A program made the position numbers and the translations under genes. Below the pieces are notes generated by a model. It was not told where the DNA came from and ran no database searches. It saw only the letters and a list, made by a program, of their open reading frames with translations. From an uncultured Acidobacteriota bacterium (GTDB lineage: Bacteria > Acidobacteriota > Thermoanaerobaculia > Thermoanaerobaculales > Sulfomarinibacteraceae): DNA of 64,000 bases. The stretch covers positions 333,611-397,610 of the forward strand of contig CAWFFJ010000018.1 in the NCBI GenBank assembly GCA_963814875.1. Reading direction: 5' to 3'. Positions 36,661 through 45,538 of the stretch are shown here, piece by piece. The first letter of the stretch is position 1, and every line of letters starts with the position of its first letter.

Positions 36661-37971
36661 TCAGTCCCGCTTCCCGTGCCGGAGGCGCTCGAGCTCGGCT
36701 ATGCGCTCGCGAATCCGGACCTCCCAGCCGCGGTCCGTCGGGTGGTAGAAGCGAACCCCTACCAGCTCGGCGGGCAGGCACGGCATCGCCGCCACGCCCG
36801 CTTGCTCGTCGTGAGCGTACCGATAGCCGGCACCGTACCCGATGTCGCGCATGAGGCTGGTCGGGGCGTTGCGCAGGTGGAGCGGAACCGGAAGTCCCGG
36901 ACGGGAGGCGACCTCTCTCTTCGCCTCGCCATAACCGAGGTAGAGCGCGTTCGACTTCGGCGCCAACGCCAGGTACACGGCCGCCTGGGCGAGCGCGAGC
37001 GCACACTCCGGCATCCCCACGTGCTCGACCGCTGCCGACGCGGCCGCGACCTGTTCGAGTGCCCGAGGCTCGGCCATGCCGATGTCCTCGGACGCCATCC
37101 GCAGCATTCGTCGGACGACGTAGCGCGGGTCGGCCCCGCCCTCGAGCATCCTCGCCAGCCAGTACAAGGCGGCGTCCGCATCGGAGTTGCGCACCGACTT
37201 CTGGAGCGCAGAGATGAGGTTGAAGTGCTCCTCCCCCTCCTTGTCGAAGACCGCCGTCGCACGCTGCGCGGCGCGCCGGACGGACGCCTCGTCCAGCCGA
37301 CCATTCCCGAGGGCCACGGCCAGCTCGAGCAGACTGAGTGCCTGGCGTGCATCTCCCGCCGACAACTGGGCGACCGCCGTCAGTGCCTCCCGCTCGACAT
37401 TCACCGCGAGCGACCCCAATCCGTGGTCGCTATCGCTCAGTGCCCTTTCGAGCAGCTCGACCAGCTCGGGCTCACCGAGAGGTGCGAGCACGTACACCTT
37501 CAGGCGGGAGAGCAGCGCGCGGTTGAGCTCGAACGAAGGGTTCTCGGTCGTCGCCCCCAGCAGGACGATGTCACCCACCTCGACGTACGGAAGGAAAGCA
37601 TCCTGCTGGCCCCGGTTGAAGCGGTGGATCTCATCGACGAAGAGGACGGTCCTGCGTCCGGTCGCATGGCGCAGGCTGCGCGCAGCCGCCATCACCTCGC
37701 GCGCCTCCTTGACCCCGGCGAGCACGGCGGAGAACGATACCAACTCGGCGTCGGCGGCAGCGGCCAGAAGTCGGGCCAGGGTCGTCTTGCCGCACCCCGG
37801 CGGACCCCAGAAGACCATCGAGGGCAGCTCACCGCGGGCGAGCAGGGTGCGCAGCACTCCCTCACGACCGACGAGGGCCTCCTGGCCGACTACCTCGTCG
37901 AGGTTCCGTGGCCGCATCCGGTCGGCGAGCGGGGTGTCCGCGGGGGACGCGAACAGGCCGTCGGTGGTCAC
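36661..37971 (-). CDS. rarA: replication-associated recombination protein A (MgsA/RarA AAA+ ATPase)
   Basis: LADRMRP..LDEVVGQE, Walker A GPPGCGKTT, FVDEIHRFN, GATTENPSF, C-terminal MgsA domain YLARML.GG.DP.Y..RR. Confidence 0.95.
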   Translation of the reverse strand: MTTDGLFASPADTPLADRMRPRNLDEVVGQEALVGREGVLRTLLARGELPSMVFWGPPGCGKTTLARLLAAAADAELVSFSAVLAGVKEAREVMAAARSLRHATGRRTVLFVDEIHRFNRGQQDAFLPYVEVGDIVLLGATTENPSFELNRALLSRLKVYVLAPLGEPELVELLERALSDSDHGLGSLAVNVEREALTAVAQLSAGDARQALSLLELAVALGNGRLDEASVRRAAQRATAVFDKEGEEHFNLISALQKSVRNSDADAALYWLARMLEGGADPRYVVRRMLRMASEDIGMAEPRALEQVAAASAAVEHVGMPECALALAQAAVYLALAPKSNALYLGYGEAKREVASRPGLPVPLHLRNAPTSLMRDIGYGAGYRYAHDEQAGVAAMPCLPAELVGVRFYHPTDRGWEVRIRERIAELERLRHGKRD

Positions 37972-38534
37972 TGGCGGTGAGCTGCTGTGAGAGCGGCGAG
38001 GCGCTCGAGCAGCATCATCAGCAGGAGTGCTTCGTCGATGGTCGCCGCCGCCGTAACGGCGCCGTGTCGATCCAGCACACAGGCACGCGCCTGGCGGAGT
38101 GCTTCGGCCACGGCATCCGCAAGAGCCCGCGAGCCTGGCTCGAGGAAACCGACCCAGGCCACCCGCCCGAGCAGCTGTGCCCCTTCCGCGAGCAGCTGCC
38201 AGTCGGGCAGTCGGTTGACCGTTGACAGGGCCTGAACGTGGTGAGGGTGGGCGTGGACGACCGCAGCCACCGCGGGACAGCGGAGGTAGATCTCGCGGTG
38301 CATCAGCGCTTCAGACGAGGCCGCCGCAGGTGCCGCGCCTTCGAGACCGACCTCTACCACGTCGACCGCATCGAGGCGACCCTTGTCGAGGCCGCGGGGG
38401 GACACCACGAATCGGCCCTTGCCGATGCGAACAGACACGTTGCCCTCGGCCGCGAGATTGAGCCCGGCATCGTCCAGGCGGGCCGCCGCGGAGACCACCG
38501 CAAGCCGCGCGGCGCGGGCCCTGTCAGTCGACAC
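37968..38534 (-). CDS. class II aldolase/adducin-family protein
   Basis: AAEGNVSVRIG, SSEALMHREIY, VVHAHPHHV. No in-frame ATG is available. GTG 38534 lies one nt after the TGA of the upstream small gene. 4-nt overlap with rarA. Confidence 0.7.
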   Translation of the reverse strand: MSTDRARAARLAVVSAAARLDDAGLNLAAEGNVSVRIGKGRFVVSPRGLDKGRLDAVDVVEVGLEGAAPAAASSEALMHREIYLRCPAVAAVVHAHPHHVQALSTVNRLPDWQLLAEGAQLLGRVAWVGFLEPGSRALADAVAEALRQARACVLDRHGAVTAAATIDEALLLMMLLERLAALTAAHRQ

Positions 38535-38535
38535 C

Positions 38536-38829
38536 TCAAACCGCCCCGGCCGCCCTGCGGCAGTCCTCGCTACACACCTGATGGCCGTCCTCGGCCGGCC
38601 GGGAGTGACTGGCCGGGACCATCGTTCCGCAGACTGCGCACTCGACCAGCTCCTCTCGAGTTCCCTGCTCGCCTTCGTCCGTCTGTGCCCAGCGGTCGCG
38701 CCCGTGGCGCGAAAACCGACTGAACCGGTCGGCACCGTCGGTGGTCCGGCCCAGCCTTCGCCCGAACGCGCTGAGGATCCTCCATACCACGTAAAGGACC
38801 GCGACAACGAGTGCGATCCGCTGCAACAT
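38536..38829 (-). CDS. small membrane protein with a C-terminal CxxC...CxxxC zinc-ribbon-like motif
   Basis: TM helix MLQRIALVVAVLYVVWRIL, then ECAVCGTMVPASHS...HQVCSEDC. Tightly coupled to the downstream aldolase-family gene. Confidence 0.55.
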   Translation of the reverse strand: MLQRIALVVAVLYVVWRILSAFGRRLGRTTDGADRFSRFSRHGRDRWAQTDEGEQGTREELVECAVCGTMVPASHSRPAEDGHQVCSEDCRRAAGAV

Positions 38830-38911
38830 TCGCGGCGCTCCTCCCTCCCAACGCTCCCGCGACCCGACCATGACACCCCACTGCCCTGCCCAATCGGCCG
38901 CGGACCTCGGA

Positions 38912-39523
38912 TCAGCCCGCCGAAAGCTCCTTCTCCAGCGACGACAGATCCGGAACCTCCGGGTTGGTCGCCTTGATCTGTTGGAGCTTCTTCATCGCCG
39001 CCGTAGCCTCTTCGTGGCGGTGGAGGTCGAAGTGCAGAACGACGACCTTGTTGTACCAGGCCTGCCAGTGATCCGGCTCGAGGGCGATGGCCTTGTCGAG
39101 GAGCTCGAGGGAGCGGTCGAACTGGCCGAGGTTGCGATAAACCACCGCGAGGTCTGTGAGCACGTTGGCATCGCCGGCTGACTTCTCGAGCGAGCGCTCA
39201 TACCAGTTCCTGGCGTCTCCCCAGCGAGCGGCGTCAAAGTACAGATTCCCGAGCGCGATCATGAGCCGGGCGTCGTCGGGGCTCTGCGCGAGCAGTTGTT
39301 CGAGCTCGGCCGCCTGGCGCGCAAGCGCCCGGTTGGCGTCGGACGCTCCCGCAGCCTGGGCGCCCTGCTCGACCGGCGGATGGCCCGGCGGCAAGCCCTC
39401 CATACCGGTGGCTGCCATCGGCGCCTTCACCGGCGGCACCGTCTGCTGCTCGGCGAGCACGTAGCCGAGAACGACCCCGACGATCAATCCGATCACCAAG
39501 AGGAACCACCCTCGTTTCAGCAT
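38912..39523 (-). CDS. membrane-anchored tetratricopeptide-repeat protein
   Basis: TM WFLLVIGLIVGVVLGYVL; TPR units (LGNLYFDAARWGDARNWYERSLE, LAVVYRNLGQFDRSLELLDKAIALEP). GGAGG sits 9 nt before ATG 39523. Confidence 0.75.
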   Translation of the reverse strand: MLKRGWFLLVIGLIVGVVLGYVLAEQQTVPPVKAPMAATGMEGLPPGHPPVEQGAQAAGASDANRALARQAAELEQLLAQSPDDARLMIALGNLYFDAARWGDARNWYERSLEKSAGDANVLTDLAVVYRNLGQFDRSLELLDKAIALEPDHWQAWYNKVVVLHFDLHRHEEATAAMKKLQQIKATNPEVPDLSSLEKELSAG

Positions 39524-39589
39524 GCTGATCAACCTCCAGCCCGCCGGGCCTCCTGGCGCGGCTTTGGCGCCGTACCGCGACTGCACTTT

Positions 39590-40318
39590 CTACTCGGATG
39601 CGGTCTCCTCGAGCCGCTCCGCGACCCAGGTTCCCGACGCCGGCAGACCGGTGGCGAGCTGTGTCGCCTCCCAGGTCCCCTCGAGCCGCGAGGAGCCGCC
39701 GGCTGTGACCAGTCTGCCATAGAAGATGGCCGCAAAACCGATCTGGGAGTCGATACGCTCGAGGCGGACTTTCCCAGCAACCAGCGTTCCCCGGAAAGAT
39801 CCGTTCCAACCGCCTGCTAGAGAGTAGGTTCCGGTGACCAGCGTGCCATCGAGCGAGAGTGCGAGCGTACCGTCCTGGCCACCGGGCTCGACCACGATTC
39901 GCCAGGTCCCACTGAGGGCGTCCCTCTCCTGCCGTTCGCCGGTCCCAATCTTGTCCAGCTCCTGCTTGGCCTGGTCGATCTCCGTCCGAGTGGAGACCAT
40001 CGCGGCCCGCAGCCGCTGGGACTGGAGCAGCACCGTGATCAGCTCGCCCTCGGCGGTTTGGAGGTCCTCGTCCCGGAGGCGCAGATTGTCGAGGTCCTCC
40101 CCTTGCGTCTCTGCGCGCACGAGGTCGGCGCCGAGACGCTCCACCCGGGCCCATGCCTGTGCGATCCGCCCCTGTTGGCGTTCGAGGTCGTGCATCTGCG
40201 TCGCCAGCACGGCCTGTTGGAGCTTGATCGTCTCGAGCAGCACCTGCGCGGTGGGTACGGCAGCCGCGACGGCGACCACACAGCCCACGAGGATCCCAAT
40301 GGGGAGCGCGCGTCTCAT
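39590..40318 (-). CDS. secreted hypothetical protein with a coiled-coil N-half and beta-rich C-half
   Basis: Signal MRRALPIGILVGCVVAVAAAVPTA, heptad-like Q/E/R/L-rich stretch, then GTWRIVVEPGG...GTWEATQ. ATGA overlap with the upstream symporter stop. Only the last 242 codons of ORF 39590..41539 are used. Confidence 0.6.
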   Translation of the reverse strand: MRRALPIGILVGCVVAVAAAVPTAQVLLETIKLQQAVLATQMHDLERQQGRIAQAWARVERLGADLVRAETQGEDLDNLRLRDEDLQTAEGELITVLLQSQRLRAAMVSTRTEIDQAKQELDKIGTGERQERDALSGTWRIVVEPGGQDGTLALSLDGTLVTGTYSLAGGWNGSFRGTLVAGKVRLERIDSQIGFAAIFYGRLVTAGGSSRLEGTWEATQLATGLPASGTWVAERLEETASE

Positions 40319-41529
40319 GCGGTTCTCCCTTCGAAGCGGCTGATCACCGCTGTTCCGACCAGGTCGCTCCAGACGTTGGTCGTGGTTCGCAGCATGTCGA
40401 GCACGCTGTCCACGGCAATGATGACCCCGATTCCCTCGAGCGGGAGCCCGACAGCATCGAGCACGATGACCAGCATCACGAGACCTGCCATGGGAATGCC
40501 GGCTGCCCCAACCGAGGCGAGCAACGCAGTGAACAAGACCATGACCTGCTGGTGCAGGTCCAGGCTGATCCCGTACATCTGGGCAATGGTGAGCGCCGCA
40601 ACGGCCTCGTAAAGCGCCGTACCGTCCATGTTCACGGTGGCGCCGAGCGGGAGCACGAAGCTGACCACGCCCTTGGGTAGCCCCGCCTGGTGCTCCGCAC
40701 ACTCCATCGAGAGCGGCAGCGTCGCCGATGACGAAGCGGTCGAGAACGCCGTTACGAGCGCCGGAAGCACGTTGCGAGCGAACGCGATCGGCGACCGGCG
40801 TCCGAAGACCGCGAGCAGGAGCGCAAGCGTCACCGTGGCATGGATGAACAGGCTCAGGACCACCGTCATGAAGTAGGGCCACAGCCCGAGGATGAGGTCG
40901 ACCCCGCTGCGGCCCACGGCCCGGGCGATGAGCCCGAAGATGCCGATTGGCGCGAGCCTGATGATGCCCATCGTCAACCGCTGAATGACTGCGAGAACCC
41001 CGCTCACCACCCGTGTTACGGGCCGCGCGACGCTTTCGTCCAGCCCGGTCAGGACGAGCCCGAACAGGATGGCGAAGGTAATCACCGGCAGCACGTCCCC
41101 GCGCGCCATCGCGCCGATCACGTTGTCCGGCACCAGGCGGAGGACGAAGTCGGCAAGGCCCCCTTGCGCAGCGTCCAGGCCCTCCGGGGCTTCGCCATGT
41201 ACACCCAGCGTCAACCCGACGCCGGGTTGGAACAGGTTGACCAGGGTGAGGCCGACGACGATCGCCAGGGTCGTCGTCACGGCGTAGTAGAGCAGCGTAC
41301 GAACACCCACTCGACCCACGGTCCGCACGTCGCCGAGGCTCGCCATCCCGTCGACCAGCGAAAGGAAGATCAGCGGGATGATGATCATCTTCAGCAGCCG
41401 GAGGAAGAGATCGCCGATGAAACCGGCTTCGCGGCCCGCCTCCGGCGCTACGGAGCCGAGCGCCGCCCCGGCCACCAAGGCCATCAGCACCTGCCAATGG
41501 AGCTTCTGGTACCAAGGACCCGTCTGCAT
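40315..41529 (-). CDS. dicarboxylate/amino acid:cation symporter (DAACS / GltP family)
   Basis: LKMIIIPLIFLSLV, SSSATLP, GATVNMDGTALYE, VDSVLDMLRTTTNV. Confidence 0.9.
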   Translation of the reverse strand: MQTGPWYQKLHWQVLMALVAGAALGSVAPEAGREAGFIGDLFLRLLKMIIIPLIFLSLVDGMASLGDVRTVGRVGVRTLLYYAVTTTLAIVVGLTLVNLFQPGVGLTLGVHGEAPEGLDAAQGGLADFVLRLVPDNVIGAMARGDVLPVITFAILFGLVLTGLDESVARPVTRVVSGVLAVIQRLTMGIIRLAPIGIFGLIARAVGRSGVDLILGLWPYFMTVVLSLFIHATVTLALLLAVFGRRSPIAFARNVLPALVTAFSTASSSATLPLSMECAEHQAGLPKGVVSFVLPLGATVNMDGTALYEAVAALTIAQMYGISLDLHQQVMVLFTALLASVGAAGIPMAGLVMLVIVLDAVGLPLEGIGVIIAVDSVLDMLRTTTNVWSDLVGTAVISRFEGRTA

Positions 41530-41789
41530 GCCTCTCCACGTTCCGCCGGCAGCCTCTCGACCGCCGCTCGTCGCGGGTGCTGAGCTCAGCCGGCTACCGG
41601 GGCAACCCTGCGCCCCTGCTTCCTCCCGACCCCCACCCGATGGACAAGTCTCCGCTGCTCAGCGCCTCCCACGCAACCCGAGATGCGTCTTGGCGCTTCG
41701 TTTCGTAATCGATCCGGACCGACACAGAGCTCGGTATTCTCGCGGCGCACCGTAGCGGGACGATCAGACCTGAGTGCGGACGATGCGGA

Positions 41790-42302
41790 TCAGGCGTCCC
41801 CGCCCGCCTCCATGTGCCGCTTGAGCACGCTCTCGACCTCGCTGTCGACGTCGTCTGCGGCGCGCCCTTCGACCTCGGCGACCTCGTAGACCAGGAGCTG
41901 ACGGGCGTGGTCGAACATCTTGCGCTCGCGAAACGACAGCGGCTTGCGCGACGCGACGTCGGCGAGGCACAGGAGTACATCGACGATCTCCTCGAGTTCG
42001 CCGGTCTTGATCCGGTCGAGGTTCGCGCGGTAGCGGTCCTTCCAGTCCTCGGCCTCGTCCGTATCGTTTGCGCGGAGTCGCTTCATGATCCGCGTGACGT
42101 CGGGCCGGGCGGCAAGGTGGCGCAGGCCCACCCGCTCCGAGTTTCCGACCGGGACCACGACCTTGGACTCGGTGTTCAGCAGACGGAGGTGGTAACACTC
42201 CATCTCGGTGCCGGCGAGCTCCTCGGTTTCGATGCTCTCGACAACCGACACACCCTGGGACGGGTAGACGACCTTGTCACCGACCTCGAAGCGCACGGGC
42301 AA
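41790..42302 (-). CDS. carD: CarD/CdnL-family RNA-polymerase-binding transcription factor
   Basis: FEVGDKVVYPSQGVSVVESI, VPVGNSERVGLR, SFRERKMFDHARQLLVYE. Confidence 0.9.
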   Translation of the reverse strand: MPVRFEVGDKVVYPSQGVSVVESIETEELAGTEMECYHLRLLNTESKVVVPVGNSERVGLRHLAARPDVTRIMKRLRANDTDEAEDWKDRYRANLDRIKTGELEEIVDVLLCLADVASRKPLSFRERKMFDHARQLLVYEVAEVEGRAADDVDSEVESVLKRHMEAGGDA

Positions 42303-42372
42303 CCCCTTCCGGAACCTATCGATGGTAGCACGGACACGCTACCCCGCGGAGGTCATCGAGAGGGTTCGACCC

Positions 42373-42487
42373 TTTGAACCTCAAAGAAGCACAGAGCCAA
42401 CCCAACCCCCCGAAGGCCCGGTGCGCCCGCTCGCGGGCGCAGGCCCTCTGGGCGGGCGGAAACTCTGTGCTTCTCTGAGGTGAAAAC
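42373..42487. repeat. palindromic intergenic element (115 bp), GAAGCACAGAG-type
   Basis: Arms TTTGAACCTCAAAGAAGCACAGAG and CTCTGTGCTTCTCTGAGGTGAAAA are 21/24 complementary. Central GCGCCCGC/GCGGGCGC palindrome. Confidence 0.8.
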
Positions 42488-42493
42488 TGCAGC

Positions 42494-43630
42494 CTATGCG
42501 AGCTCCCGGTAGGCCTGCACGATGAGCTCGCTCGCCCGGTCGACCTCGCTCTCGGTCGTCCAGCGACCAAGCGTGAGTCGGATCGTCGATACCGCACGCT
42601 CGACCGGTACTCCCATCGCCGCCAGAACGTGAGAAACCTTCACCTCTTGGGCGTGGCAGGCCGCTCCTGCGGACGCGGCGACCTCCTCGCCGAGCCGATC
42701 CAACAGCGCATCCGCCGCGATGCCGGGCAGCACAGCCGAGAGCGTGTTCGGCAGCCGGTGCTCAGGGTGGCCGTGCTCGACGAGCTCGGGAATCGCAGCC
42801 TGAAGCCCGTCTCGCAGCCGGTCGCGCAGCGCGCGCAAGCGCCGACCCTCCTCGGTGACTCGGAGGGCTGCCAGCTCGGCCGCGAGACCGAGCCCGACGA
42901 TCCCAGGCACGTTTTCGGTCCCGGCGCGCAGGCCTCGCTCGTGGGCCGCGCCCCGGATCAGCGGCTCGAGAGGCGTGCCCCGGCGCACGTAGAGAGCCCC
43001 AATACCTTTTGGCGCATAGAGCTTGTGCCCGGCGATCGTGAGCAGATCGACGCCGAGGGCGCCGACGTCGACCGCGACCTTCCCGACCGCCTGCGCCGCG
43101 TCAGTGTGGACCAGGACGCCGCGGGACCGGCACCGCTCGGCGATCTCGGCCACCGGCTGGAGCGTCCCCACCTCGTTGTTGGCCAGCATGATCGACACCA
43201 GCACGCTGTCCGATCGGAGAGCGCGCTCAACCTCGAGCGGGTCAATGCGGCCGAGACCGTCCACGCCGACGATCGTCAGCCCGGCGAGCCCCTCGATCTC
43301 GAGCGCGATCGCGGGCTGGAGCACGGCTGGGTGCTCGACGGCCGAGGTCACGAGATGGCCGCCGCCGCGCGCCGACAGGACCCCGCGGAGGGCATGGTTG
43401 TCCGACTCGGACCCACCCGACGTGAAGACGATCTCGTCGGCCGCGCAGCCGATGGCGGCCGCCACCTGGGAACGGGCCCGATCCACCGCCTCACGTGCCC
43501 GCCGACCCGTACGGTGCGGCGACGATGGGTTCCCGAACAGCTCGAGGGTCGCCTCTGCCACCGCTCCGGCAACCCTCGGGTCGACCGGAGTGGTGGCGTT
43601 GTAGTCGAGGTAGATCGGCGGTGCCGTCAT
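42494..43630 (-). CDS. cysteine desulfurase, class I (NifS/IscS-like)
   Basis: IYLDYNATTPVDPRV, SGGSESDN, PLP lysine context AGHKLYAPKGIGALYVR, RAGTENVPGIVG, active Cys SAGAAC. Start ATG 43630. Confidence 0.9.
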   Translation of the reverse strand: MTAPPIYLDYNATTPVDPRVAGAVAEATLELFGNPSSPHRTGRRAREAVDRARSQVAAAIGCAADEIVFTSGGSESDNHALRGVLSARGGGHLVTSAVEHPAVLQPAIALEIEGLAGLTIVGVDGLGRIDPLEVERALRSDSVLVSIMLANNEVGTLQPVAEIAERCRSRGVLVHTDAAQAVGKVAVDVGALGVDLLTIAGHKLYAPKGIGALYVRRGTPLEPLIRGAAHERGLRAGTENVPGIVGLGLAAELAALRVTEEGRRLRALRDRLRDGLQAAIPELVEHGHPEHRLPNTLSAVLPGIAADALLDRLGEEVAASAGAACHAQEVKVSHVLAAMGVPVERAVSTIRLTLGRWTTESEVDRASELIVQAYRELA

Positions 43631-43731
43631 CCGACGCCATCCTCTCGTCTCCACGTCGTCGTGCTCAGCAGCAAGCGACCCAACGCTGCATCCCTCCGGC
43701 CCCGAATCGAGCTGTCTTTGCAGGTCGGCTC

Positions 43732-45300
43732 CTACTCGGAGACCGACGGCGAGCCCGCCTCGCCCTTCCACCGCACCTCGTAGAGATCGTGTCGCCGGTC
43801 CTTCCAGTTCTGCACAGTGCCCGCGCGGCGGCAGTGGTCGAGCTTCTCGAGGTCGACATCGTGGATGACCACCATCTCCACGTTCGGCGTGCCCTCGGCC
43901 GCGATCGCGTCGCGCGAGAACGGGAAGTCCGACGGCGTGAAGATCGCCGACTGCGCGTACTGGATGTCCATGTTCTCGACTTCGGGCAGGTTGCCGACCG
44001 TGCCGGCGATGGCGACGTACACCTGATTCTCGATGCAGCGCGCCTGGGCGCAGTAACGGACCCTGAGGTAGCCCTGGCGCTCGTCGGTGCAGAACGGGAC
44101 AAACAGGATCCGGGCGCCGCGATCGACGGCGATCCGAGCGAGCTCCGGGAACTCGACGTCGTAGCAGATGAGGATTGCAACCTTACCCTTGTCGGTGTCG
44201 AAGACCTCGAGGCGATCGCCCGGCTGGACACCCCACCAACGGCGCTCGTTGGGCGTGATGTGGAGCTTGCGCTGCTTGCCGATCTGGCCGTCGCGGCGGA
44301 ACAGGTAGGCGGTGTTGGTGAGCCGCTCGTCCTCGAAGGTGAAGTGAGAACCGCCAATGATGTTGATGTTGTACTTTACCGCCAGGTCCGAGAACAGGTC
44401 GAGGAACTGAGGCGTGAGATCGGCCAGCTTGCGCACCGCTTCTGCGGGGCTGCCTGCCGGTAGGAAGGAGAGCATCTGGGTGGTGAAGATCTCCGGGAAG
44501 ACCACGAAGTCGGCCTTGTAGCCGGATCCGACATCGACGAAGTACTCGCACTGCTCGGCGAAGTCCTCGAACCCTGAGAGGTGGCGCATCCCGTACTGCA
44601 CGACACAGATCCGCGCGGGCCGCGAGGTCAGCATGCGCCGATGGGGGTCGGGCTCGTAGTCGAGGTTGACCCACTCGAGCAGGGTTGCGAAACCGTCCGA
44701 CTCGAGATCGCTCGCCAGGTAGGACCGAATCACCCGCTTGAGCGTGAACCCGTTGGCGAGCTGGGTGGTGAGCACCGGGTCGTAGATGTCCTTTGACTGG
44801 ACTCCCTCGACGTACTCGCGGACCGTCATATTCTGCTTCAGCTTGCCGAAACCGGGGATCCGCCCGCCGACCATGATCCGCCGGAGGTTCAGCTCCCGGC
44901 ACAGCTGCTTGCGCGCCTCGTAGAGCCGACGGGCGAGCTTCATGCCCCTCCACTCGGGGTGGACCATGACCTCGATGCCGTAGAGTGTGTCGCCCTCGGG
45001 GTCGTGATTGCTGATCGTCCCCTCCCCCGAGATCTCCATCCAGGTGTGGCCTTCCTCGTACTCGTCGAAGTCGATGACCAGGCTTGACGACGACGCCACC
45101 ACCTCACCGTCGACCTCGACCACCAGCTGGCCCGCGGGGAACGTCTCGAGGTGGGCCTCGATGTGCTCATGGCGCCACGGCTTCATCTCCGGAAAGCAAA
45201 GTCCCTGCAGCTCGACGATCCGGTCGTAGTCCTCAAGGCGCATCGGCCGGACCGCGACCTTCCACTCGAACTCGCGATGGTCAACAGTGTCTCTGGACAT
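43732..45300 (-). CDS. bifunctional GNAT N-acetyltransferase / carbon-nitrogen hydrolase (nitrilase superfamily) protein
   Basis: N-terminal GNAT fold (VHPEWRGMKLARRLY). C-terminal CN-hydrolase with FPE, KQRKLHITPNE and the nucleophile context ILICYDVEFPE. GAGGAGG RBS 6 nt before ATG 45300. Confidence 0.85.
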   Translation of the reverse strand: MSRDTVDHREFEWKVAVRPMRLEDYDRIVELQGLCFPEMKPWRHEHIEAHLETFPAGQLVVEVDGEVVASSSSLVIDFDEYEEGHTWMEISGEGTISNHDPEGDTLYGIEVMVHPEWRGMKLARRLYEARKQLCRELNLRRIMVGGRIPGFGKLKQNMTVREYVEGVQSKDIYDPVLTTQLANGFTLKRVIRSYLASDLESDGFATLLEWVNLDYEPDPHRRMLTSRPARICVVQYGMRHLSGFEDFAEQCEYFVDVGSGYKADFVVFPEIFTTQMLSFLPAGSPAEAVRKLADLTPQFLDLFSDLAVKYNINIIGGSHFTFEDERLTNTAYLFRRDGQIGKQRKLHITPNERRWWGVQPGDRLEVFDTDKGKVAILICYDVEFPELARIAVDRGARILFVPFCTDERQGYLRVRYCAQARCIENQVYVAIAGTVGNLPEVENMDIQYAQSAIFTPSDFPFSRDAIAAEGTPNVEMVVIHDVDLEKLDHCRRAGTVQNWKDRRHDLYEVRWKGEAGSPSVSE

Positions 45301-45538
45301 GAACAACCTCCTCACGCACCAACATCGACCGCTGCAAACATACTCCGACGGGGCACCGCGGACCGAGCGGTCGGAGCTCTGGTCTCGGTGCTCTTCGGAG
45401 CCTGCACCATGCCCCTCTCCGCGTCGGTCTCGGTCGTCCGCAGCCTTTTGCAGCCAGCCTTGCGCCGTCTTTCACGTACCGGTACCATGCCCGCGCGGCC
45501 GCGGGCCGACCCCTCACCCGGCCGACAGGAGGTCCCCC

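Noticed and set aside
40319-41539. N-terminal 400 codons of the 649-aa ORF 39590..41539
   Set aside because: This part overlaps the DAACS symporter gene out of frame and is Arg/Pro/Gly junk. Only the last 242 codons, from ATG 40318 with a signal peptide, look like a real gene.
42361-42373. AGGGTTCGACCCT resembling a tRNA T-arm
   Set aside because: No acceptor, D or anticodon arms can be built around it. It is a small hairpin abutting the palindromic element.
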